DNA from: an uncultured bacterium
GTDB taxonomy: Bacteria > Hydrogenedentota > CAZGCA01
Direction: 5' to 3'
DNA length: 64,000 nucleotides
Assembly: GCA_964524145.1 (NCBI GenBank)
Contig: CAZGCA010000018.1
Coordinates: 7,087 to 71,086, forward strand
A program made the translations under genes and the position numbers. Below, in pieces: positions 8,056 to 17,372 of this stretch; position 1 is the first letter of the stretch, and each line of letters begins with the position of its first letter. A model generated the notes under the pieces. That model saw only the letters and a list, made by a program, of their open reading frames with translations, was not told the DNA's origin and searched no databases.

Positions 8056-11000
8056 ATGAGAAGACTTGGGTTGCTGTTCTCGATTCTAATCCTTGCCGGG
8101 GCGAGTTTCGCGGAACCGAACAACGTCATATATGTGGACATCGACGCCTCGGGCGGCGCCAACGATGGGAGTTCGTGGGAGAATGCGTTTCTTGATATAC
8201 AAAGGGGAATCAACGCCGCCAGAACCGCTGGTGGGCTTGAGGTATGGGTCGCAGAAGGCACCTACAAGCAAGCCATCGTCATGATGAGCGGCGTGCATCT
8301 CTACGGCGGCTTCAGCGGGGGGGAAGCGTTGCGGTCGGAAAGAGATACGATTCAACATCGGACTATACTGGATGCCGAGACCAACGCCCATGCGTTCTCG
8401 GGCGTGAGAGATGCGCGCCTTGACGGTCTTGTGATTTCTCGCGTTGACCCCTACGATAAGACTTCGGCGGCCGAACAGGGAGGGGGGCTGGCGTGTGCGT
8501 TCAGTTCATTCGCCATAGTGGACTGCGAGTTCTCGAACCTTTCAGGTGGCGGCGCCGCCGCCATTGACATGACAGACAGTTCCTCATTGGTGGTGGTCGA
8601 CTGCAAGTTTCTCGATAACTACGGCTACAGTGGCGCCGTCACAGTGGCGGCGAACTGCTCTCTTACGGTTCGCGACAGCGTATTCTTCAAGAACACGGCA
8701 TACTACGGCTATGGCGAGGGAGGCGGCGCAATAAAGACATCCGGATCCTTGGATTTGCTGTGCTGTGTGTTCCTTGAAAACGACGGCGAAGCCGGAGGCG
8801 CGATTCATGTCAAGAACGGCACGGCGCTCATCAAGGGAAGCGAATTCTGGAGAAACCTGGCGCACTTCTCCACGGGCGCGGAAGGCGGCGCCGTGTTCGT
8901 TGACAGGGGGGATGCGACTGTCGCCGATAGTGTGTTTGTTGAGAACGAAGCCGGGGGATACTGGGACGGGGGGGGCGCGCTTGTGTGCCAGTACTCGAAC
9001 TCCTTCAATTACGGGAACGTGTCGCTCCACGGTTGCGCGTTCTTCGGGAACGGTTCGGGGGGAGGGCTGGCCGGGGCCGTTTACATTGGGTCCGCGGATA
9101 ATGTAGTAGAGAACTGTCTGTTCGCGAGCAACGAATCGGCTGCGTTGTATATATCGAAGGCCACGGAGATAGTGAATTGCACATTCGACGGCAACACGTT
9201 GGGGTCCCCGGGTGGTAGCGGCCTTTCGTTGAATGAGAGTCCTTCGACGGTGAGAAACTGCATTATCTGGGATAACGCGATGACAGGAGGTTCCGCAGCC
9301 AACATCAGTTACTGCGACATTGAGGGTGGATATCCCGGTATAGGGCACCAAGATGCCAACCCAAGTTTTGCAAGCGGCCCGGCAGGCACCGCTCAGACTA
9401 TTACATATGACTCGGATGCCTTCCTCACAGAGATTACGGATTCCCTTGCAAGCCTTACTCCTAGCGCCATGGCCGGAAAGGTTGTACGTGTCGGATCCCT
9501 CGACCAGCACTACTACGTCATCAAGAACAACACCACCACTTCGATTTCGGTCTGGGGTGATGCCACGGAAGGTGGTTCTGTTTCGGCACCCCAAGTCTAC
9601 GAGGTGCTTGACTTCCACCTCTCAGCCAGTTCCCCGTGCGTCGACACGGGAACAGACAGCGGGGCCCCGTCCCTCGACCTCGACGGCAATACGAGGCCGT
9701 GGGGCGCGGCAACCGATATCGGCGCCTACGAATACGCCTCGTCGCCACCGGCCAACGTCGCTCCCGACACCCCCTCGAACAACTCACCCCCGGACGGCGC
9801 TACAAACGCCTCGCTCACGCCGATCGTCTCATGCTCGGGTTTCTCGGATCCCGACGCGGGAGACACACATGTAGGCTCTCACTGGCAAATCCGAGAAACG
9901 ACAAATCCCGGCGACTATTCCGTCAATACATTCGATTCGGTGGAAACCCACGTCGACATAGAATCCATTAGGGTGCCCCCGGGACTTCTGAGCTACGCAA
10001 CGTCCTACGCCTGGCGTGTTCGCCATCGGGACAATCATGCAGCGTGGAGTCAATGGTCAAGCGAGACCCTGTTCACTGTGGCGGCCGAGAGCCAAGTGAC
10101 GGCGGTACCAGCGGTCCCGAGAAATGCCGAGCCGGCTGACGGCCGGACGGTATCTACTCTGACGCCGATTCTTCAGTCTTCGGCCTACAACGATCCCACG
10201 GCCGCCACGACGCATCTAGCATCGCAGTGGCAGGTCAGGGAAGTCACAAGTCCGCCTGATTACTCGGCGCCGGTTTATGATTCCGGCGTCTCCTTCGGCG
10301 ACCTCACGTCGCTGCTGATTCCGGGGGGATTGCTCCAGTACAACACGGCCTACGCTTGGCGTGTGCGTTACATGGCCAGCAACGGCAAGTGGGGACCGTG
10401 GTCTCGCGAAACGATTTTCGTCGTGGAGCCGGGGAGCGGACTGGCGGTCATCTTTGTGGACGCAGATGCCACGAATGGCGCCAACAACGGCAGCTCGTGG
10501 CAGAATGCTTATATTGACCTGACCTTGGCCGTTACCGCCGCCTCCGGTCCGGGCGCCGAAGTCTGGGTCGCCGAAGGTACCTACTTGGAATTCATAACCC
10601 TCACAGACGGCGTGCATTTGTATGGCGGCTTTGCTGGGGGTGAGACGCTGCGCTCGCAGAGAGATTGGGATTTGCATCCCACGATCATTGATGGTTCGAC
10701 GGCAAACGATGGCTCGCCGGCCCCGCATGTCGTGGTGTGTGGGGGCGCCAATGCGACGCTCGACGGCTTCACGATCACCGGGGCGGCGGGCGGTTCGCCG
10801 GCGGGCGGCGGCGTATACGGCTCGATCGCTTCCCTTCGCGTGTCCAACTGTTTGCTGACCGAAAACTCTGCAAGCACCGGCTCGGGCGTCTATTCGGCTG
10901 ACACTTCTTCAGTGGAAATCCTCAACTGTCGCTTCTTGCGTAATCTCGGAAGCTCTGCTGTCTATTCAGACACCAATAGTGTGCTCACCGTGTCGAATAG

Positions 11001-14000
11001 CGTTTTCTTTGAAAACACAGGCAGCGGCTCCGGCGGCGGTGTCTACGCGCACTCCACGGTTCGCATCGTGCAGTGTGTGTTCATGGGCAATGACGCGACC
11101 TATGGCGGAGCGGTGAATGTGTCCGGCGGAACAGGTCTTATCGCCCGCAGCGTCTTTGCGGACAATTTGACTCATTACTCGACTGGTTGCGGTGGAGGCT
11201 CGATAAGTTCGAGTGGGACTATCAATATCCAACAGTGCGTCTTTGTCGGGAACGAGACTGAGTACGGTTCTGGCGGCGCCATTTCCGTCTCTGGCAACCT
11301 GTCATTGTGCGATTCGGTTTTCGTTGCCAATCGCGCACCGGGAACGACGAGTTCTGGGTATGGCGGCGCAATCAGGATCACGTCTGACAACAATCGAATA
11401 TGGAACTGCATCTTCACTCAGAACTACGCCCGTACTTCGGGGGCCGTCATCTACTCCTCCTATGTAAATGATTTGATAGAAATCGCCAACTGCACTCTGG
11501 ATAGCAATTTCAACTCGGCCGGGTTCAGCGGCATCGACTGTGCGTACGACCCACATGCTAGCGCTAGTATCCGGAACTCGATCATTTGGGCCTCGGGAGT
11601 ATTAGAGTTCTCTGGCGGCGAAGTGACATATTGCGACGTAGAAGGAGGATACGACGGCGTTGGAAACATCGACTCGGAACCCAGCTTCGACAGCGGACGA
11701 GCGGGCACGGCTCAAACCCTCACCTACGACTCGGATAACCTCTTAACCACACTGTTCGATCCTTTTGCCGATCTTGTCCCTGGCGCGCTGGCTGGAGAAG
11801 TGGTACAAATTGGGGCCGTGAGCCCCGAGTTTTTCGTCGTCCAGGATAACGCAGCAACATCCCTAGTTGTCTGGGGGGACGCCGCACGAAGCGTTCCGAC
11901 AATCTACGTGGTTCTCGAGTATGGTCTGGCCTCCTCCTCGCCCTGCATCGACACAGGAACCGAGCAGGGAGCGCCCACCGTGGATTTTGACGGAAACGTC
12001 AGAACATTGGACGGAGGGGTCGACATCGGGGCTTACGAGTACGGCGCTGCCCCGCCTTCTCCCAATGCGCCGGCTACTCCGAGCAACGTGACGCCGTCGG
12101 AGGGTGAAACCGGGGTTCCCCGCTCGCCGACGCTCCAGGGAACGGCCTTCTCCGATCCCGACCCGGGCAACACACACCTCGCGTCCCATTGGCAAATCAG
12201 AGCGTCTAACAGACCTTCGGATTACTCGGTCCTCGCTTTCGATTCGGGCAAGACGACCACCTTCCTTGAGTCCATCGAGGTCCCACCGGGCAGATTGGTC
12301 TACAACTACTCCTATTATTGGAGGGTGCGCTACCTGGACCATTATGGAACGTGGAGCGAGTGGTCTGCGGAGTCTCAGTTCTTCACCCAGGGCGCTCCCG
12401 GCAATGTGCCGGATCAGCCGACGAACATTTCTCCATCGAACGGCGCGACGGACGTTTCGCTGACTCCGACGCTCACCTCCTCGGCGTTCAGCGATCGGGA
12501 TGCGGGCGACACGCACGAGGCGTCGCGGTGGCAGGTGCGTGAATCATTGAGCTCGTCGGATTATTCGACGACGGTGTTCGATTCGGGAACGGACGCGACG
12601 AACTTGACGTCACTGGCAATTTCGCCCTCGACGCTCGCCGGCAACACATCGTACTCCTGGCGCGTGCGGTATCAGGACTCGGCGGGCGCCTGGAGTGCAT
12701 GGAGCGTGGAGACCGCGTTCACTACGATTGAGCACGATTCCCCGGTGATTACAACCAACAACGGCCAAGATTTCACTACGAGTGAGCCGAATCTCACGCT
12801 CGAGGGCACGTGTGACGCGGCCACGAACGAGATTCGGGTGAACGACTCAACGTCTGGTGTGACGTATACCCCGGGCGCGACGACGTGGTCCTATACGTGC
12901 ATCTTGGTGGAAGGTGCAAACACATTCTCAGTAGTTGCGGTTGATGCCGTGAGCAGTATTTCGTCACCGGCCACCGTTACTATCACACTCGACACGGCGG
13001 CTCTGAATCCGCCGGTGATCACGACGAACGGTGGCAACGACTACGCGACTAATCAGTCGGCGCTGGCACTTGAGGGCACGTGTTCGTCTGACACGGCAGA
13101 GCTCCGTGTGAATGGTTCAACCTCGGGTGTGGACTATGCCCCGGGCGCGACGACATGGTCGTATTCGGTGACCTTGGCAGAGGGAGACAACCACTTCTCG
13201 GTTGTGGCGTATGATGCTGGAGAACACCCCTCAGTTGCAGATATGATCGCTGTGACGTTGGACAAAACGCTGCCGATCATTTCGCTCTTGGGTAATGATG
13301 AAGAGACGATAGGGGTAGGCGAAGAATATGTGGATGCAGGTGCGACAGGATGGGACAACTACGATGGTGACTTGACGGAGAGCATCGTCACGGTTAATCC
13401 AGTGAACACGTCGGAGGCCGGCGACTACATGGTCAGCTACAACGTGAGCGATTCGGCGGGCAACCAAGCGAAGGAGGTGACGCGCCCAGTTCATGTAATC
13501 GAATCGGGCATAACGCCACCGGAAATAGAGCTACAGCCCGACGCACCGACGACCCTCGATGACCTAGTATGCCTTGTGACTGTGCCAAGTACGACTCTTC
13601 CAGGCCGCATGACGTTGTACGAGTATACGTGGACGAACGGCACCGCTACTTTGGTCAGTGGCCCTAAACGAGCCCTGCTCGACGCGCTTGATGCGACACT
13701 GACCATGAAAGGCGACACCTGGACCTGCACGGTACGCTGTCTGGACGGTGTTGGAGAATCTGATCCTGTCGAGGCTCAAACCGTTATCGTTAATTCCCTA
13801 CCGGAACCGCCAGTACTCTCATTCCCGTCGCAAGAAAGTGATCGAAAGAACCTGTATTGCATTGTTGTGGAACCGAGCTATGATGCAGACGGGGACGAGT
13901 GTACTTACGCTTTCGAGTGGTGGTACATCGTGGCGGGAGAAACCACTGCTGTGGAGTTTCGCTCTGACTGGGTGAACTATGACGACGCGTTCACCAGTTG

Positions 14001-16752
14001 GATAGACCGGAGCTTCACTGAGGAGCGTGACAAATGGTATTGCATTGTCACTCCGAATGACGGTACGAGCGATGGAACATCGGCGACAACTGACGAATGC
14101 CAGATCACCGCAATTGGCGACACTCCATCCTCCATAAGCTGTTCGGTTGAACCAGCAAGCATACAACTCGGCCAATCTGTCACCATCTCGGGCATGATTG
14201 AGGCTGTGAACTTCTGGGGAACCTTCGTTTCGTTCAACAGCACTATGCCGTCCGGCGAAGAGCGAGGAAATCATCCTCAGGCGGTTCCGGTTCCGGGCAA
14301 CAGCAATGATTACAGCAAGGTATTCTATCCCCACGCGGCGTCTGAGGACGAGGCACCATGGGAGCTAACAGCATCTTGGATCGGGGACAATGTTTACGCT
14401 GGCGCTGAAAGTGACCCGGTCAGCTTTGAGGTCACAAAAGCCCCAACAAGCCTGTCTTTGGAGCTGTCTGCGTCATCTGTACCGATGAATTTCGCGAGGT
14501 TGACGGCAACGGCAAAGCTGACCGCGCCGTTACCGGACGAATTGTCCAGCTTGCTGACGGGGATAGAAGTGAATCTGTATGTCAAGCTGCCAGACGGTAG
14601 CGCGCCGAATGGTATGCCACTCGTCGCCAAGACCAACGCGCAAGGTGTTGCAACGTTTACACCATTGCACTTTACGGATGCGGGCGTTACGTTCAGTACT
14701 GCTGGGACGTGGAAATGTGTGGTCGAGTTTGAAGAGGACAGGAACTTCTTGCAGAGCACTTCGCTTGGGGAGTCAGGTTGGTTGACGGTCAAAGACCGGG
14801 CGGGCTACGCCGTCCTTGTGCTTGGTAGATTGGACGAAGACGGAGAAGGACTGCCAGAACATGCGAAGACACTGGATTTCGTGTACAGTGCATTCCGTGA
14901 ACGTGGATTTGCTGACGAGGACATCTACTACCTGCGCGGAGGACTTGAACAACCTTCCCCGTACATCGTTGTTGACGATACCGAGCCGACTGAGGAGGAT
15001 GTGCAACGGGCCATCGAGACATGGGCCGCCGATAAAATGAACGCGACATCCGCTCCGTTGTATGTCGTGTTGGTGGACCACGGCAAACGTGGGTCGTTTT
15101 TCGTTTACTCCGGCAGCTATGGCGAGTCCCGCGAGATTACCTCTGCGGAACTAGGGCGCAGTTTCGATAGGCTACAGGACAACCTGGACGGCGAGGCACA
15201 GGACGAGAAGATCGTGTTAGTCTATGGCGCTTGCCACTCAGGGAGTTTCATCCCGACGGTCTCCGGCGAGCACCGCGTGATCATCACCAGCACGACAGAG
15301 GACGAGGTGTCGCACCGCGGCGTAATCGACCCGGACGACCTGATACGGGACGGCGAGGTATTCGTCACAGAATTCTTCCGGAACGCACGGGAAGGCAAGA
15401 ATCTCAAAAGATCGTTCGAAATAGCCACTGCCCAGACGTGGGAGTATACAGCAACTGACACGAGCGCCGGCAGATCGAGCTGGGGCCAACATCCTCTGTT
15501 GGACGACAACGGCGATGGTCTAGGCACGGGTGAATGGCTTTCGACTCAGCCAGGGGAAGACGGTAGTCTTGCCCATGAGCTGGTACTTGGGTATGGGTTT
15601 AACGTGGGCGATTCCACTGGCTGGCTGACCGTAACGCCTACTGTCAGCCTTGGCCCTGATGACCCAGTTCCTCTCCTGGAAGCTAAAGTTACACAGAGTC
15701 CGGCCATAGGCCTCACGGCATGGATCGAGGTGAAAGCACCGTCCTATTGGGGTGCGTCGATCGTCGACGAGGACAATCCAGACTCGCAACATGTCGTAGA
15801 GATGGTGTCGTTGCCTTCGGACAATACTGATCCAGTGGATGGCATCTTCAGGTGGTCGGACTTTGGTGACACGTTCGATATGTCGGGCACGTACAAGGTC
15901 TTTTACTATGTCAAAGATGGCGCTACCGACGAAACCAGCACTTACATGCTAACGACAATCTATCGCCTCAAAGAGGAAACTAACCCTCCAGAGTCAGTGG
16001 CGCTTGTGTATCCAGATGACGGTGCGGAAGTGTATAGCACGACATTCTTTGCGTGGCAGGAAGCGCCCAATCCGGACGGTGACGCGTTCAGCTATCGGCT
16101 CGAGTTGGCGGAAGATCAGGATTTCACAGCCGGGTTGATCGTAAAAGAAGGTATCCTCGGGACGGTGGTACATCCTCGCGAGATCGACGATATCGTGGAT
16201 GGGCAGACCTACTACTGGCGGGTCGTATCTGTGGACGAGTACGGTGCAGCTTCTCAAGATGACTCCGTTCGCACGTTTTCGGTCAACAATGCCAACCCTG
16301 CGGTGCCGGGAGCAGTGATAGGCGTCATCACGGATGCCGACACAGGCGCTCCAATTGAGGGTGCAATCATCACGGTTACCCCCGGTCCAGCAACCTGCAC
16401 TTCCTCAAGTCAAGGAATCTATCTCGTCGTCGGCCTCGATGGGGGAAAGCAGTACACTGTCCGGGTCTTTATACCGGAATCCCAAATTGAGAGCGATGCA
16501 CAGGTGCAGATACCTGCTGGCGGTCTGGTAGAAGCCAATTTCCAGTTGGAAGTTGCGGCAGCGGCGGGCGACCCTGATGTGAATGGTGACAACGGCGTCA
16601 ACGCCGTCGACGTCCAGCTTGTGATAAACGAGGCGCTTGGCATCAATACCGGCTACAACTGCAACATTGACGGTGCCGGGAACGTGAACGCCGTTGACGT
16701 CCAGCTTGTGATCAACGCGGCCCTCGGCATCGATATCTCCGGATCGTTCTAG
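8056..16752 (+). CDS. Giant secreted multidomain protein: 2x right-handed beta-helix/choice-of-anchor-Q, 4x FnIII-like, Ig-like, DUF5011, peptidase C13 (clan CD), FnIII, CarboxypepD_reg, C-terminal dockerin
   Basis: Signal peptide MRRLGLLFSILILAGASFA; GGAI beta-helix repeats and SPCVDTG..DIGAYEY twice; LYVVLVDHG and VYGACHSGSF dyad; DVNGDNGVNAVDVQLVINEALG..NAVDVQLVINAALG. Confidence 0.88.
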   Translation: MRRLGLLFSILILAGASFAEPNNVIYVDIDASGGANDGSSWENAFLDIQRGINAARTAGGLEVWVAEGTYKQAIVMMSGVHLYGGFSGGEALRSERDTIQHRTILDAETNAHAFSGVRDARLDGLVISRVDPYDKTSAAEQGGGLACAFSSFAIVDCEFSNLSGGGAAAIDMTDSSSLVVVDCKFLDNYGYSGAVTVAANCSLTVRDSVFFKNTAYYGYGEGGGAIKTSGSLDLLCCVFLENDGEAGGAIHVKNGTALIKGSEFWRNLAHFSTGAEGGAVFVDRGDATVADSVFVENEAGGYWDGGGALVCQYSNSFNYGNVSLHGCAFFGNGSGGGLAGAVYIGSADNVVENCLFASNESAALYISKATEIVNCTFDGNTLGSPGGSGLSLNESPSTVRNCIIWDNAMTGGSAANISYCDIEGGYPGIGHQDANPSFASGPAGTAQTITYDSDAFLTEITDSLASLTPSAMAGKVVRVGSLDQHYYVIKNNTTTSISVWGDATEGGSVSAPQVYEVLDFHLSASSPCVDTGTDSGAPSLDLDGNTRPWGAATDIGAYEYASSPPANVAPDTPSNNSPPDGATNASLTPIVSCSGFSDPDAGDTHVGSHWQIRETTNPGDYSVNTFDSVETHVDIESIRVPPGLLSYATSYAWRVRHRDNHAAWSQWSSETLFTVAAESQVTAVPAVPRNAEPADGRTVSTLTPILQSSAYNDPTAATTHLASQWQVREVTSPPDYSAPVYDSGVSFGDLTSLLIPGGLLQYNTAYAWRVRYMASNGKWGPWSRETIFVVEPGSGLAVIFVDADATNGANNGSSWQNAYIDLTLAVTAASGPGAEVWVAEGTYLEFITLTDGVHLYGGFAGGETLRSQRDWDLHPTIIDGSTANDGSPAPHVVVCGGANATLDGFTITGAAGGSPAGGGVYGSIASLRVSNCLLTENSASTGSGVYSADTSSVEILNCRFLRNLGSSAVYSDTNSVLTVSNSVFFENTGSGSGGGVYAHSTVRIVQCVFMGNDATYGGAVNVSGGTGLIARSVFADNLTHYSTGCGGGSISSSGTINIQQCVFVGNETEYGSGGAISVSGNLSLCDSVFVANRAPGTTSSGYGGAIRITSDNNRIWNCIFTQNYARTSGAVIYSSYVNDLIEIANCTLDSNFNSAGFSGIDCAYDPHASASIRNSIIWASGVLEFSGGEVTYCDVEGGYDGVGNIDSEPSFDSGRAGTAQTLTYDSDNLLTTLFDPFADLVPGALAGEVVQIGAVSPEFFVVQDNAATSLVVWGDAARSVPTIYVVLEYGLASSSPCIDTGTEQGAPTVDFDGNVRTLDGGVDIGAYEYGAAPPSPNAPATPSNVTPSEGETGVPRSPTLQGTAFSDPDPGNTHLASHWQIRASNRPSDYSVLAFDSGKTTTFLESIEVPPGRLVYNYSYYWRVRYLDHYGTWSEWSAESQFFTQGAPGNVPDQPTNISPSNGATDVSLTPTLTSSAFSDRDAGDTHEASRWQVRESLSSSDYSTTVFDSGTDATNLTSLAISPSTLAGNTSYSWRVRYQDSAGAWSAWSVETAFTTIEHDSPVITTNNGQDFTTSEPNLTLEGTCDAATNEIRVNDSTSGVTYTPGATTWSYTCILVEGANTFSVVAVDAVSSISSPATVTITLDTAALNPPVITTNGGNDYATNQSALALEGTCSSDTAELRVNGSTSGVDYAPGATTWSYSVTLAEGDNHFSVVAYDAGEHPSVADMIAVTLDKTLPIISLLGNDEETIGVGEEYVDAGATGWDNYDGDLTESIVTVNPVNTSEAGDYMVSYNVSDSAGNQAKEVTRPVHVIESGITPPEIELQPDAPTTLDDLVCLVTVPSTTLPGRMTLYEYTWTNGTATLVSGPKRALLDALDATLTMKGDTWTCTVRCLDGVGESDPVEAQTVIVNSLPEPPVLSFPSQESDRKNLYCIVVEPSYDADGDECTYAFEWWYIVAGETTAVEFRSDWVNYDDAFTSWIDRSFTEERDKWYCIVTPNDGTSDGTSATTDECQITAIGDTPSSISCSVEPASIQLGQSVTISGMIEAVNFWGTFVSFNSTMPSGEERGNHPQAVPVPGNSNDYSKVFYPHAASEDEAPWELTASWIGDNVYAGAESDPVSFEVTKAPTSLSLELSASSVPMNFARLTATAKLTAPLPDELSSLLTGIEVNLYVKLPDGSAPNGMPLVAKTNAQGVATFTPLHFTDAGVTFSTAGTWKCVVEFEEDRNFLQSTSLGESGWLTVKDRAGYAVLVLGRLDEDGEGLPEHAKTLDFVYSAFRERGFADEDIYYLRGGLEQPSPYIVVDDTEPTEEDVQRAIETWAADKMNATSAPLYVVLVDHGKRGSFFVYSGSYGESREITSAELGRSFDRLQDNLDGEAQDEKIVLVYGACHSGSFIPTVSGEHRVIITSTTEDEVSHRGVIDPDDLIRDGEVFVTEFFRNAREGKNLKRSFEIATAQTWEYTATDTSAGRSSWGQHPLLDDNGDGLGTGEWLSTQPGEDGSLAHELVLGYGFNVGDSTGWLTVTPTVSLGPDDPVPLLEAKVTQSPAIGLTAWIEVKAPSYWGASIVDEDNPDSQHVVEMVSLPSDNTDPVDGIFRWSDFGDTFDMSGTYKVFYYVKDGATDETSTYMLTTIYRLKEETNPPESVALVYPDDGAEVYSTTFFAWQEAPNPDGDAFSYRLELAEDQDFTAGLIVKEGILGTVVHPREIDDIVDGQTYYWRVVSVDEYGAASQDDSVRTFSVNNANPAVPGAVIGVITDADTGAPIEGAIITVTPGPATCTSSSQGIYLVVGLDGGKQYTVRVFIPESQIESDAQVQIPAGGLVEANFQLEVAAAAGDPDVNGDNGVNAVDVQLVINEALGINTGYNCNIDGAGNVNAVDVQLVINAALGIDISGSF

Positions 16753-16901
16753 AAGACACTCACCTGCCGGGTACGGCAACTGTCTCCTGGAACCGGTTGT
16801 GCATGCTATTTACACTCCCTGCAGTGCAGCGCTTTGAAACATAATGGCGTCATCGGTGGCAATTTCATTTGAGCGACCACATTTACGAACAACCGCCTGT
16901 T

Positions 16902-17040
16902 CCGTATGTGGCATTGTTGCCTATTACTCTATCTTCGCACGCTACTGTCATACCGGCTACCAAGATTCTCTGGCACGGCTGCCGCCATTTCGTAAGTCCA
17001 CACTAAGTCCCAAAAGTAGGCGGAAATCGGGGGATTTTTG
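16902..17040. repeat. Intergenic repeat family copy 2 (partial)
   Basis: ccgtatgtggcattgttgcctatta...gccatttcgtaagtccacactaagtcccaaaagtaggcggaaatc aligns with copies 1 and 3. Confidence 0.75.
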
Positions 17041-17372
17041 AAAGGTCGTGGTGGGAGTTCTTCCCGCTGAGAAGACGTCTTCTTAACGATCGGCGGACTC
17101 GCATAATGGGGCATCTTGGGTCGAGTTGGAGCTATGGAACGGTCCAATTCGAGCCTGCTCGGGAATGTCTCCGAGAGGCTTTCCACAACGAATGAGAGAT
17201 GCTGTCTCTGGCCAAATGTGAAACATAGATACATGGCGTATACGGTGGCGTGGTCAAGGAGAGGCAGCATCCCCAGGACGGACGTGGTCGTTGATCAAGA
17301 CCAGTGCTCGTGTTATTATGCTTCCACTGGATAATGGACAACGTCAAACGTCGCCAAGGGAAGGACCAATTC

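Noticed and set aside
16972-16986. TGGCACGGCTGCCGC as a sigma54 promoter for the Rhs gene
   Set aside because: The -12 element is CCGC rather than TTGC, it is ~390 nt from the start, and it falls inside repeat copy 2 without conservation in the other copies.
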